Origin: Octopus sinensis
Taxonomy: Eukaryota
Length of the DNA: 64,000 nucleotides
Direction: 5' to 3'
Assembly: GCF_006345805.1 (NCBI RefSeq)
Contig: NC_043004.1
Coordinates: 25,172,001 to 25,236,000, forward strand
The translations under genes were made by a program, and so were the position numbers. Below, in pieces: positions 25,023 through 37,820 of this stretch (position 1 is the stretch's first letter; each line of letters starts with the position of its first letter). The notes under the pieces are model-generated. The model had not been told where the DNA came from and did not search any database. It was given only the letters and a program-made list of their open reading frames with translations.

Positions 25023-25838
25023 AATCTATCAATCTATCTACCTATCTATCTGAATGTCTGTCTGTCTGTCTATCCATCTCTTATTTCAGTCTCCTTTCCT
25101 CTCTCTGTCTTACTCTCTGTGTGTGTGTGCGTGCGCGTGCGTGTATATATATTTATACACACACACACACACACACATATGAGATTCAGTTGAACTAGAT
25201 ACTTAAGTTGAGGCACCTCGTTAACTCAGAATAATTTACACACAACAATATTGTGTAAATATCAACTTTGGTACACGGGTACCAGCAGAATTATATTCCT
25301 GTAGTGCATGCAGACAATTTGACCCAGCTGAGTATATAATCCGCTTGTGAGCTATTCAGACGTATACATTTTATTAAATATACTTCAGAATTTGCGAAGG
25401 CCATGTTCAGAAATAAGTGAAAATTAAAGCACAAGTGTCAATTCATGAACTGACGTCTGTCCTTGAATTGTTACTTATATATAAATACGCTCTGTGTCTG
25501 GAAGATAATAAATACGAAAATTCGATTACAGATATAAATGAATCTGTTATGATGAAAAGCGTAATCATTCAAGCAAGCAGAATCTTTTGTTAGAAAAGAA
25601 TGTTTTTATTGAAAGTATGATATCTGGCGTTATTTACACCTGTAGGTTCATTCAAATACATCGTAAAGTTTATACTCATTTTCTTTGCGTTTTTTGGGGG
25701 GTTTTTTTCTAAGTCCTTATAAGTGCTGAAATTATGTCTTCTAAGCTATATGATTATATTACTTTGAAAGTAAAAATTGCATGATTATATATCTAGAGCG
25801 TGGTTAGTTGATTGAATTGCTCTAAATAATGTAGGGGT

Positions 25839-26140
25839 GGAGGCACATGGCCTAGTGGTTAGAGCAGCGGACTCGCGGTCGAGGAATCGCGGGTTCGAAT
25901 CTCAGACCGGTCGATGTGTGTGTTTATGAGCGAATCACCTAAGCTCCACGCGGCTCCGGCAGAAGGTAATGGCGAACTTCTGCTGACTCTTTCGACACAA
26001 CTTTCTCTCACTCTTTCCTCCTGCATCTTGCAGCTCACCTGCGACGGACCGGCGCCCCGTCCATGTGGGGAACCTATACGCCAAGGAAACCAGGAAACCG
26101 GCCCTATGAGACAGGCATGGCTCGAGAAGAAACAAACAAA
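25839..26140 (+). mobile_element. tRNA-derived SINE with a V-domain-like core
   Basis: A box TGGCCTAGTGG, B box GGTTCGAATC, CCTGCGACGGACCGGCGCCCCGTCC resembling the V-SINE core. Relatives near 26455, 53597, 56446. Confidence 0.75.
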
Positions 26141-27179
26141 TGATGTATGGCCTTACCGCGCTTGGGTCTCCATCAACAATCCAAAGCAAAATATTTCAAA
26201 AGAACGAAGTCAATGGCCATTAATAAGAGGTAATAGGGCAGTGAGTTGGCAGAATCGTTAGCACGCCGGGCAAAATTCTTAGTGGCATTTCGTCCGTCTT
26301 TACGTTATGAGTTCAAATTCAGTCGAGGTCAACTTTGCCTTTCATCTTTTCGGGGTTGATGAAATAGATATTAGTTGAGCACTGGAGTCAATGTAATTGA
26401 TTTACTCCTCTGTCAAAATTGCTGGCCTTGTGCAAAAATTTTAAGCAAATACTGTGCTCATGGTCGTGGTTTCGATTCCCGTAACAAGCTGTGTGCAATG
26501 TTCTTAAGCATGAAACACTTCACGTTGCTCCAGTGAACTCAGCTGTAAATGGGTAAACCTGTGACGGACTGGCGTCTCGTTCAATGGGGATGTTGTTATT
26601 TTAGTCACTTATGCGCCAAGGAAACCAAGTCTATTCACAAGGATTTAGTCGGCCAGAGGCTATAGAAGAAAATACTTGCTCAAGGTGCCACGTAGTGGGA
26701 CTGAATCATGTTACTGGGAAGAAAACTTCTTACTACACAGCCAAGTCTGGACATAGTTTTTTTTTAAAATGTATCGTTAGCTTGCAGTAAATGTTCATTG
26801 CCGTCTGTTCTATATATATGGCTGCAGTAAACGCAACTCCAAAGTTCGCTTCCAAGAGTAGGCCCGGGTAAGGTTTACGTTTTTTGGATGATCAACATTT
26901 GCTCATACATACAAGTTTGCCTTCTATACACCACCCTTGAAAAGCGATACGACTTTGTGATCATAAGTACAGTACCCTTGTGATCGTGAGTACACCCTTG
27001 AAAAGCAATGTGACTATGAGCAATATAGAGGCATAACCAATTCGTTGCACATTTATTTTAACAACTAACTAAATCAAATATGAATCTCCAGGGTTCAAAT
27101 GACCTCCGGTTGAAAACTACAGAGCTAGGGGAAAATATAGTATGGGTTGATGTTAATCGTTCTGGCAACGCTGGTAGAT

Positions 27180-27775
27180 ATACTGGTGCTGATGATGGCT
27201 CTGCTGCTGATGGTGTTAGTGGCGATGTTGATCATAGTGGTGGTTGTGATAATGACGAAGATAATGATAGTGGTGATGGTGGTAACGATGATGATGATAA
27301 TGATGATGACGGTGCTGGTGGTGGTTGAAGTGGTATTGGTGAAAGTGGTGGTTGTGATAATGACTATGATGATGATGGTGATGGTGGTGGTTGTAACAAT
27401 GATGATGATAATAATGATGATGGTGTTGGTGGCGATGTTGATCATTGTGGTGGTTGTGATAATGACGAATACAATGATGGTGGCGATGGTGGTAACGATG
27501 ATGACGGTGCTGGTGGTGGTTGAGGTGGTATTGGTGATAGTGGTGGTTGTGATAATGACGAAGAGGATGATGGTGGTGGTGGTAACGATAATGATGGTGT
27601 TGGTGGTGGTTGGGGTGGTATTGGTGATAATGGTGGTTGCGATAATGACGAAGATCATGATGGTGGTAACGATGATGATGATGGTGTTGGTGGTGGTTGA
27701 GGTGGTATTGGTGATAGTGGTGGTTGTGATAATGACGAAGATGATGATGGTGGTGGTGGTGGTGGTGGCGGTCGT
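27180..27775. repeat. GAT/GGT trinucleotide minisatellite with ~90-110-bp higher-order units
   Basis: GTGGTGGTTGTGATAATGAC-like anchor recurs about six times. Confidence 0.85.
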
Positions 27776-28018
27776 ACGTCTGATACTATAGCAGCTCCGC
27801 CAATCCACCGCCGCGAACTGGTTCTTTTATTTTATCGACACAGGAGCAATGAAAGGCAAAGTTGATCTCGGCTTAACTGGAACTCATTGAGTAGAGAGGC
27901 GAAACGTGCGCTAATTCACAGCATTGAGTTCGAATGTTCTCAAGTGATCCTCCCATGGATGATGTTGATCACACCATCTGACTCTTACTACTGTGGTAAC
28001 CATGATGACCATTTTAGC

Positions 28019-28052
<34 letters not shown>

Positions 28053-28139
28053 TTCAACATCAACATCATCATTGTCATTGTTGTCGTCTTTCATCTCCAC
28101 CTCCACCTCCTCCTCCTCATTATTGTCGTTTACGTCGTC

Positions 28140-28310
28140 CCTCATCTCCTCCTCCTCCTCCTCCTCCTCTTCATCCTCCTCCTCTTCATCCTCCTCCTCT
28201 TCATCCTCCTCCTCTTCATCCTCCTCCTCTTCATCCTCCTCCTCTTCATCCTCCTCCTCTTCATCCTCCTCCTCTTCATCCTCCTCCTCTTCATCCTCCT
28301 CCTCATCATC
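28140..28310. repeat. 15-bp tandem repeat (TCTTCATCCTCCTCC)n
   Basis: Direct reading; it produces the LHPPP / EEEED ORFs in the track. Confidence 0.9.
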
Positions 28311-31300
28311 ATTTCTACCAGCGTTGTTAGAATGATCCACTTTAAACCCACAATAAATCCTCCTCTAGCTCGTTGATCGAAGTGCTAAAAATAGCAACTA
28401 AAACTCGTACTGTGATGACTTAGATGATGCAGTTCTATATACACTATGCATAAATAGAAAAGAAAAGACAGGATGGCCACATTTGGAAAACTTTTGATCA
28501 TACATCTGTCTGTCTGTTCAAAGCAACATCAACATCATATATAGCTACCATCATCACCATCACCCCTATTTCTGTATAGTTGCGAGCTCTCTCTAATCAC
28601 ACCCTTTAACCGAAGGAAGAAGACGTTGGATAATGCGGCCTAAGACACACTATAGCTGAGTAAAAGATGGAATGATCACAGTTGGAAAGCGTTTGTAAAC
28701 CGCCTACTCAACAACAGCAATAGCTATAATCTTCCTGTCCCTACTCTCACCTCGGTATCCACCACCAACACCCCCACAACACCACCACAATACCACTATT
28801 ACCAACATTACCACCACTGCTACCCTCAACACCATCGCCTCTGCTATCTCTAATACCACCATCACCATCACCATTACCACCGCTACGACAGCAACAACAC
28901 TGCTACCCCCACATCATGATGCAATGACGTGAGTTATACCTTTGAAAAATAAACGACGAATGAAAAAACGACGGCTGAGTTATATACGTAATCTTGTTCA
29001 TAAATTCCGTTCAAATATTTGATGTAATAACCTTAGGTGTCATTTAACCTAAAGGCTAAGTAAGTTCCTGAAGTATATCCGGTTTACAAAGAATCTAAAT
29101 CAAATGACCATTCTATGATTTGTAAGTTTAACCTTGATCTTATCCGCAAACGCACGTGCAATTTCACAAATCGTCACAATAAATGATTCATTTGCGTGTG
29201 ATTTAATACTACGTCTCTTTCATTAGATTCTTATTTTCCGAATGAGTCAGCGTCTAGACCGATTAAACAAAATGAATTTTATATAAAATGTTTGTGTAGA
29301 ATGGTGTATACTGTATATGAAGGCGGCAATCCGGTGGTATCGTCAGCACGCCGGGTCAAATGCTTAGTGGCATTTCGTTCGTTTTACGTTCTGAGTTTAA
29401 ATTCTACTGAGGTCGACTTTGCCTTTTATCCTTTAGGGGTCAATAAAATAAGTACCAGTTGAGCAATAGGGTTGATGTAATCGACCTACCCCTCCTCCGA
29501 ACTTGGTGGTCTTGTGCCAAAAATTGAAACCATTATTATTATGTATACTACGTATGAAGACGGCAACCCAGCAGAATCGTTGCTTACTGGCATTTCTTCC
29601 AGCTCTATACGTTCTGAGTTCAAATTCCACCGAGATCGACTTTTCCTTTTACCTCTTGGAATGAGTAAGACAAATACCACTTAAATACTAGGGTCGATGT
29701 AATCAACTAATACCCGCCTCTAAGATCGCTGGCCTTGTGCCAAAACTTGAAATATGATGGGTACTGCATATGTAAAATGAGAATACCATAAAGCCTGCTT
29801 CGTAAGGAGAGGTGTTTTCTTTGGGTACCCTGCAGGACGCAAAGCAAAACCAGTCAAAAAAGCAGACTAACTCGGTAGAATCATCGGCCATCCCACACTG
29901 CGGAGTGCGAAAACCCCCAATTTTTTTTTATTTAGATATCTCTCCAGGAGAACGAAAACCCTCATGTAATATCTGTGACTTTGTTGCATTCAAGGAAGTC
30001 GATTAGTTCTTTTGGCGCAGTTCAGAGAGTAAAGGTGCAGTTCAGAGAGTGGGATTGGCTCTGTTCAAGGTATCAAATAAGGCTCTGTTCTTGGTATCAA
30101 CTATTTCTTTTCGCTGCACATGTCTTGCTAATGTGCAGAATTTCTATAGGCGATTTGTAACAATTATTCGTGGTTTAATCTTTTATTTTACATTCCACAT
30201 CCAAAAGACTTTCCTTCATACCCTTTTACCATTCAATCTCCTTACTAGTCTAATATATTTTTGCGGGGTAATTCTATTTTTGTCTCAATGGAAACGAGTG
30301 ATAGATCTGAAGAAATGACACAGAAAATTATTCATTTACACAAATCTAAATATCTTTATTAATTCATATTTTTTTCTATATCCGTAACTAGTAACATCCT
30401 TTTGCATGGGCTAACATATAGATACCTCAGAAGGATTTCCTGATGTTACTGTCTTCATTTATTCTAAATTAGGTAAAGAATGGGACAGAATTGAAAAGAA
30501 AGAGAAATAGCAATTAAATGCTTTTTAATTTTGACACAAGGTCAGCAATTTTGAGAGAAGGGGTAAGTTGCTTACATTGACATCGGTGTCCGATAGGTAT
30601 TTATATCAATCCCGAAAAGAATGAAAGGTGCAGACGATCTAGGCGGCATTTGAACTCAAAATATAAAGAACTGCTAAATATGTTGCCTGGCGTGGTAACG
30701 ATGCTATCAGTTCGCCGACTTAGAAATATCACTAATATTGGTTTCAAAATTTGGCACAAGGCCAAGAATTTTGGGAGGGTGGTAGTCGATTATATCGACC
30801 CCAGTTTTCGACTGGTACTTATTTTATCAACCCCCAAATGAGTGAAAGACAAAGTCGGCCTCGGCGGAATATGAACCTAGAACGCAAAAACAGATGAAAT
30901 ATCGCTAAGCGTTTTACCCGGTGGGCTAACGATCCTGCCAGCTCGTTGCTTCAGAATTATCAATAATATTAAGAATTCTTTCGTCTTTTCGGGGTCGATA
31001 AAATAAACACCAGTTGAGTACTGAGGTTCACGTAATCGACTTACTCCCTTCTTCGAAATTGCTAAGCCTTCAGTAAAAATATGAAATCAACGTTAGGAGT
31101 TCTCAGGGCGGTGAGCTGGCAGAATCGTTAGCACACCGAGAAAATTACTTAGCGGCATTTCGTCCGTATTTACATTTTGAATTCAAATTCTGCTGAGGTC
31201 GACTTTGCCTTTCATCCTTTGGACTTAACATCTTCACCGAAATTGCTGGCCTTGTACCAAAATTTGAGACCCATATTAGGAATTCTCAATCCATGTTTCT

Positions 31301-32080
31301 TCCTCTGCCGAGAATAAGTTCATCTTTCGAAGATCAAATTCTCGTGGAACGAAAAAGATACCGTTTTCTGTCTTTTATTTTTATTTATTTTTTTTTTTTT
31401 TGCATATCATCTATTTTCAGAATATTTTAGGCCTATTTAGATTATGTTGTGTAAATATCAGGTGTAGAAAAGTTATTTAACACACATACACACACGCACA
31501 CACACAATACATACACACAAAATACATACACACATACAGAGAGTGAAGGTGCAGTTTAGATAGTGGGATTGTACAAGGACACACGCAGAGAAAACTGCCC
31601 TTGTGAGAAGATAAGTAACAGGTATCGAAAGAAATTCGAACACACGTCGATGGCCATAGGATGTAGACTAAAAACGAAATTGTGGTCATAAATCTATGTT
31701 AGAATTCAAATTACATGTTGATCCTGCTCACACATAGGACATAGAATATATCTAAACAAAAAAGAGAAAATAGCTAAAAGTGAAAAAAAGACTGTAAAAG
31801 TATATCTTCTATACCACGCGCATCTAAACTTCTGAAGATGTATTGGTCTTGATAGATGAAGAAACATGAACTCAGCAATTCCAATATTATATCTCGTTAT
31901 TTTTCTTTCTTTCTTTTTTCTTTCTTTCTTTTTTCTTTCTTTCTTTCTTTCTTCATTTTTCCTTTTTTCCTTTTTCCTTCTTTCCCTTTTCCTTTCTTTC
32001 TTTTCGTTTTTTCTCTCTTTTAATCTATAATGAAGACTAATTTGAAATATACATCACAACTGAAATATCAATCTACTAAT

Positions 32081-32125
32081 TCATACTGATGAGGTCTAAC
32101 TATGTAGAAACATACATGTTTATGA
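32081..32125 (+). ncRNA. Damaged canonical hammerhead motif
   Basis: TCATA [CTGATGA] ... GAA ACATACATGT T TATGA: stems I and III pair, stem II is truncated. Confidence 0.4.
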
Positions 32126-33233
32126 CTACAGATATAAACAAAATATGAATTATAAAGTCAATTTACATTTAATTGTGTAAACTAAAGTTTTAAAAAAAGA
32201 ATTAATTACTTTTTGTTCCCTCTCTTCATTTCCTTCATTTCTTTACCCACACAAACTGGAACTAGTCACATCCATATTCATATCTCTGCATACATACATA
32301 CATACATACATACATACATACATACATACATACTACATACATACATACATACATACATATCTATAATTATATCTACACACACACACACATATTATATATA
32401 TATATAATATAATTGATTATATATATATATATATATATTATCAATTCAATGAACAAACGATTAAAAAAAGCCAATTAAAAGCGAAACAAGAAAAAAACGA
32501 AAAGAGAAAAAAAAACGAAAATAGTAAAAAAAAAACGAACGCGGGGACGTGCACAAGAATTATATTAGTTTGACGCTCGGTGAAAGGAGAGAGAATCAAA
32601 CGTTTCGAGCATGGCTCTTAGTCGGAAAAGAGAAAGGAAAAAGTTAAAAGAAGAAGAAGGAAAATCGCCAACGGCTCACATGTGGTTACATTACTAACAT
32701 TGCCCATCTAGCAATAAAACTGACGCTGCTGGACGATTTTCGCCTACTACTGATATATCTTTGCCGTATTTAACATTGTACGTCTATAAGCGATATAAGA
32801 TGAATACTGAATTATTTGGCTTTACGCAATGTTTCTGTTGCATTTAAGAAGTTTTTATTCAGTTGGTCAGTTTATTGCAACATGAGTGCTATTTCAATTA
32901 TTTCTTTTATCTATACCAGCGGTGACGTATTCTATCTTAGCATGCAATTTCCAGTGGGTACTTGCTATAAAACAAAACCCGGAGGCAGAAATATTCACCG
33001 CTGCTGGACGCTTTCCGCCTGCTGCGTCTATAGGATACATTATCTCGAGACGAATACTACAGTTATTTGGTTATCCGTGATGTATCTGTTAAGTATCACA
33101 CACAGAGACGCACACACTCACTCGCTCACATGCGCGCGCAAACACACACTCATTCACACATGCACACAGACACACATACATATATATATATCTTTGTGCG
33201 TGTGTGTATGTGTGTGTGTGTGTGTTTGTGTGT

Positions 33234-33314
<81 letters not shown>

Positions 33315-33982
33315 AGATTTTGAAACAGTTATCGTGTATTAAATTCTGTTCACAAAGAATTGCCCTCTCAGAAAACCATTTGCGCAAGATACAGTGCATT
33401 TGGCGCAAAACCAGAACAATGTGCTTGAAAAATGACCTTTTTAAGCAAGCAGCCATGTTTAAGCGCGTCACTAATATTTTGAGGAAGGGCATAGACAACA
33501 TTGCAAGTCATTTAATGTTTGTGTTTTTTTTTTGTAAGGTATGGCCATCCTCTCTTTATAAATCCGGGGGAATTTATTTTCTACCTTAAGGAAAGTCATG
33601 TCGTTGTTATTGTTGTCTTAGTCCTTATTGCTTTCGTTATTCCTGTTAGTTAATCTTCCTGTGGTTGTGTTCATGATATTCATCTACAACTACTTAAACA
33701 TTTCACTGTTATCTACTGTACAGCAAGCTTCCTATCTATGACAAGGATTCGGAACAGCTGTCACATAGAGAAGATCGAAGATAAAGAAATACATAAAAAA
33801 AACAAAAAAAAAACAAATCAAAGTAGAAAAAGAAAAGCATGACAACTATCTTTACCAATCGATAATACATACAACTGTAAGGAGAACGTCTGCCACGTAA
33901 TAGAGCGTTCTGTTGGGTAGCCATCTTGAGCTAGAATTTATACTGGGCTCTAAATGTGTTACCGCTTAAACGGCTTCTGACC

Positions 33983-34033
33983 ATGGGACAGAGCAGTAGT
34001 TGCTTTACTGATCGAGAGCTCGAAGCCTACGAG
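33983..34033 (+). CDS. CIB1-like: Calcium- and integrin-binding protein, coding exon 1 (MGQSSSCFTDRELEAYE)
   Basis: Strong Kozak ACCATGG; 51 nt / 17 codons then GTAAGT, the same size as exon 1 of human CIB1/CIB2; MGxxxS myristoylation motif. Confidence 0.88.
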
Positions 34034-34133
34034 GTAAGTGATATTTTGTTGTCTTCAACGATACAATAAAACAGAAAAAAAAGAGGAATAAAATACATTA
34101 CTTTTTTTCATTCTTTCATCAAGAAGTGTGCGT

Positions 34134-34167
<34 letters not shown>

Positions 34168-34673
34168 GTGTGTGTGTGTGTGTGTGCTTGCATGTCTTGT
34201 GCACTTCTGTATTGTTATGATTAGTCCTAGGTCTATCCTGGTGGAGCAGAGCTATGATCAAAGGCCTTCCAACCGTGACCCATTCTTCAATTCTAAGGGT
34301 TTTCTATGATTAAATGGTTTAGTGTTTTTTTTCCCTCTTTTAAGACGGCAGTATATAAGTTGAAGAATATTTTGGTGGTTATTTCTAGCAGACTGAATGG
34401 CTGTGTAGAGGCCCCTTCCTTCGCATTAGCACCGGTAATTCTTCAAACATTCGATCTTTTACTTGTTTCAGTTATCAGATTGATGCCATGATGGAGTAAC
34501 GTTTTGAAAAATTTTAGTCGAACGAATAGACCCCTGTACATATATTTTTTAAAGCTTAGTACTTATTCTGTCGGTCTCTTGGGCTAAATGATAAATTACA
34601 AGAACGTAAAAAACCAACACCGGTTGTCAAGTGGTAGTAGCGGACATGCACAAAACACGAAGACAAACACACA

Positions 34674-34721
<48 letters not shown>

Positions 34722-34943
34722 ACCGTGCATGCATACATACACACACACACACTCGCATATATATGCATACACGATGGGCTTCTTTCAGTTTTCGTCTACT
34801 AAATTCACACAAGGCTTTGGTCAGCCTGGAGCTATAGTAGAAAACGCTTGCCTGAGGTGCCACACAGTGAGACTGAACTTGCAACTATGTTGTTGGGAAG
34901 GAAATATCCACACTTGCGCCTATATAGAAATAACGGCACAATC

Positions 34944-34983
<40 letters not shown>

Positions 34984-35598
34984 ACCCTGTTTCCAATAAG
35001 GACTCGAATAATTACAATAAAATACTGTGTCCGTTCAACAGGGGAGTTATAATACGTGCTATGAAAGAGTAAAAGATGTTGCACAGTATATAAACATCGA
35101 TGTTAAAAATTTGGAAAATTTGTAAAGTTTTAAACCAGACTTGGAATAATACAAGAAGAATTATAACAGGCAACAACTAAAACACGATATATTTCCAAGA
35201 ATTCTGCATATGCACATGAAGGAGTATTAAATTAAAACAGTTATTTATGTATCATATTTAACATATATACATCGTGTGTGTGTGTGTGTAAATATATAAA
35301 TATATATATATATAATTAAGTAAGGGTAGAAATTGATATTAATCAATTAAAACCAGTAGCCTAGCATATTTAAAAAATTCGAAGATTAAAAATTTTTTTA
35401 CATAAGGTAATCGATTTTATTTCGTATATTTTCATTTGTCTTGCTTATTTTTACGCTTTGGTTTTTTGCTGAATTTTTTCTTGAGAACACCTTCCTTGGA
35501 AAATGGCGATTTTGACGTCTATATCTAGCATACAGGCTGTCCACTTTTACTGGTCAATCCTCTAAATTTTGTATATATATATATAATCTATTATTAAT

Positions 35599-35635
<37 letters not shown>

Positions 35636-35660
35636 TAATTATATATTAATATTATATATA

Positions 35661-35720
<60 letters not shown>

Positions 35721-35723
<3 letters not shown>

Positions 35724-36078
35724 AGATGTACTCGCATAGCAAGTAATTTGATCTGAGATCGTGTGCTGAAACGAAAACAATTGCAGCGTGGAAGGTGTTT
35801 ATAAGCCATTTAAGAAACACACAAAAGCCGTTCGATTCACTTCAACATTTAAGTTTAATTTGTCAAAAATTTTCGTCGCTAAAATCCGCGACCTGTTCAC
35901 TGACAAAAATCCGTGCTGCATCTGAGCAGCAGATGCAGCACGGATTTTTGTCAGTGAACAGGTCGCGGATTTTAGCGACGAAAATATTTTGACAAATTAA
36001 ACTTAAATGTTGAAGTGAATCGAACGGCTTTTGTGTGTTTCTTAAATGGCTTATAAACACCTTCCACGCTGCAATTGT
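35721..36078. mobile_element. Fold-back Penelope-type element: 148/149-bp inverted arms (35777-35924, 35930-36078), 5-nt loop, TA tail and ~30-bp flanking direct repeats
   Basis: Arms differ by one 1-nt indel; TTG(TA)nATCTATTATTAATA occurs at 35569-35599 and 36075-36103. Confidence 0.9.
35947..35996 (+). ncRNA. Minimal type I hammerhead ribozyme motif, G3-C8 core
   Basis: TTTGTCA [GTGAACA] G GTCGC ggatttta GCGAC GAA AATATT T TGACAAA: stem I 7 bp, stem II 5 bp, palindromic stem III. A mirror copy lies on - at 35859-35907 with a 1-nt deletion in stem III. Confidence 0.7.
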
Positions 36079-37679
36079 ATATATATATAATCTATTATTA
36101 ATAAGGATGTTATTGTCCCTATACTTAAAAATTTCATAAGTTTCCATAGAGCACAGCTCACGCCTATATCGACTATCTCTATAAGACTGCGCTCTCCGTA
36201 TTATATCCCATTTAAGGCTGAATCCGGTCCCGCTTTCTTTTAGTTCTGACTTCATCCTTTTTTGGTGATTACTCTATTTTCCTTTCTATGATGTTCTACC
36301 CTGCTGATCATATTATGTATACTTATAGTGACTTTATGTAAGTAAGTCTCCTTTTGACTAAATCATATACCCACCAGAAACTATAAAATCATACATACAA
36401 TAACACATAGAATTACAACTTATAAAATTTCTTCGGTCTGAATACCTACTTCCATACCTATTTCCCCTCTTTTCGGGTTACCTTTATCTTTTCTCTGCCT
36501 CTAATTTTAATCCGTTGTCTCTTTATATAAAAGTTATGTGTATTTCTTATTATTTTCTATAAATTCTTATTATTTTATTTTCTTATTTTGATATCCTTAC
36601 TTATTAACCTCTATCTCTTATAAATTGTTATTTTTCTTGTTCTTAAATTGATATTTTTCAGTTACTTAAGTCTATACAAGATATTTATACTACATCCATA
36701 TAAGCATATAAATATTCGCGTATGTGTATATATGCATATATGCACATATACATATGTGTGCATGTGTGTATGTGTGTGTGTATATCTCTATGTATTTTTA
36801 CACTTTTTTGATTCATAGCTTAAAATTAATAGACAGTTTGTATATCTTCCCAGTTATTCCAGAAGTAAATGTCTTGAGCAGATCTTTATAGAAACCACCT
36901 AATAAGTATTTCATTAAGTACATGAATGGATATTAAACTCATTCTATGTAATCTTCCTTTTCAGTGTTTATAATTGATATATACACACCTTTTACCTATT
37001 TTTGGTTATGATATCATTTCTGAAATTCTGAAATTTTAAATATTACTCTTATACACCATAACAATATTGTTTATGAACGTTCCCCTATAGTTCCCCAAAA
37101 TAAAATTTCCTCTGTATCCACATCTTACGTTTCTCAGCGTCTTGCCTCTTTAACTGGTAATTAACATCATGATTTAAAGCTTTCCCCTACCTTGCCTCTT
37201 ATTATAGACAGTTACTTATATCCAGCTGACTACCCCTAATGTCTTATTTCCTCCTTGGGGAAAAGGGATACATATGATAATATTTATGACCATACCGAGC
37301 CATGAGCTGTCAACTCTCGTCCATTATTCAAAATATTAGTGTATATTTTTCACTATTTCCTATACCGTGGGCGGCAAGTTTCATCAAACCAAGTTGTTTC
37401 AAGTAGACATCAATCACAAGGTCCAAGGCGGCCGAAATACTTCCTCCGTCTTCGTCCGCCTCCGATATACATTGTGCTTTTTAACGCAGCACGTCATTGT
37501 GAGTTTTTGGCTTTTATTACGGACAAAAACCGCAGTATCTTGCCTATCAATGGGATATAAATGTGTAGAACAATACATTGATTACTGTACTTTAAAGAAA
37601 AAAATGAATCGCGGGGGAAAAAAGCTGTATGTTCACCCCTATATATGGGTTGTTTTTTAAATTAATTTTTGAGACCGGT

Positions 37680-37820
37680 CGGTTTCAATTTTAGTATTTT
37701 CGTTTGTGAGAGCAGTCGAGTTTATTTAAGATATTGTCGTTTTAAAAATCATCTCCGGCTAATCGTCGAGAGGGGATTGGTGTTACCTTGGCGGAGGTTT
37801 GCGCTCTCTGAGAGCTCTTG
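37680..37820 (+). mobile_element. Possible Helentron/HINE-type 3' end remnant
   Basis: CCTTGGCGGAGG followed by a short GCGCTCTCTGAGAGC hairpin; no matching 5' subterminal repeat found. Confidence 0.35.

Noticed and set aside
25839-25915. tRNA-like sequence with good A and B boxes
   Set aside because: The acceptor and T stems do not pair and it continues into a SINE body; treated as a SINE head. No genuine tRNA gene was found.
27180-28310. Regular repeats that might be taken for a CRISPR-like array
   Set aside because: No constant repeat with unique spacers, no cas genes, and a eukaryotic context.
27125-28376. Long Thr-rich, Val-rich, poly-Glu/Asp and poly-Pro ORFs
   Set aside because: Trinucleotide and 15-bp repeats are open in several frames on both strands; there is no unique coding context.
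32816-33589. 257-aa plus-strand ORF upstream of CIB
   Set aside because: Non-ATG start, runs through (CA)/(TG)/(GA) repeats, no recognisable domain.
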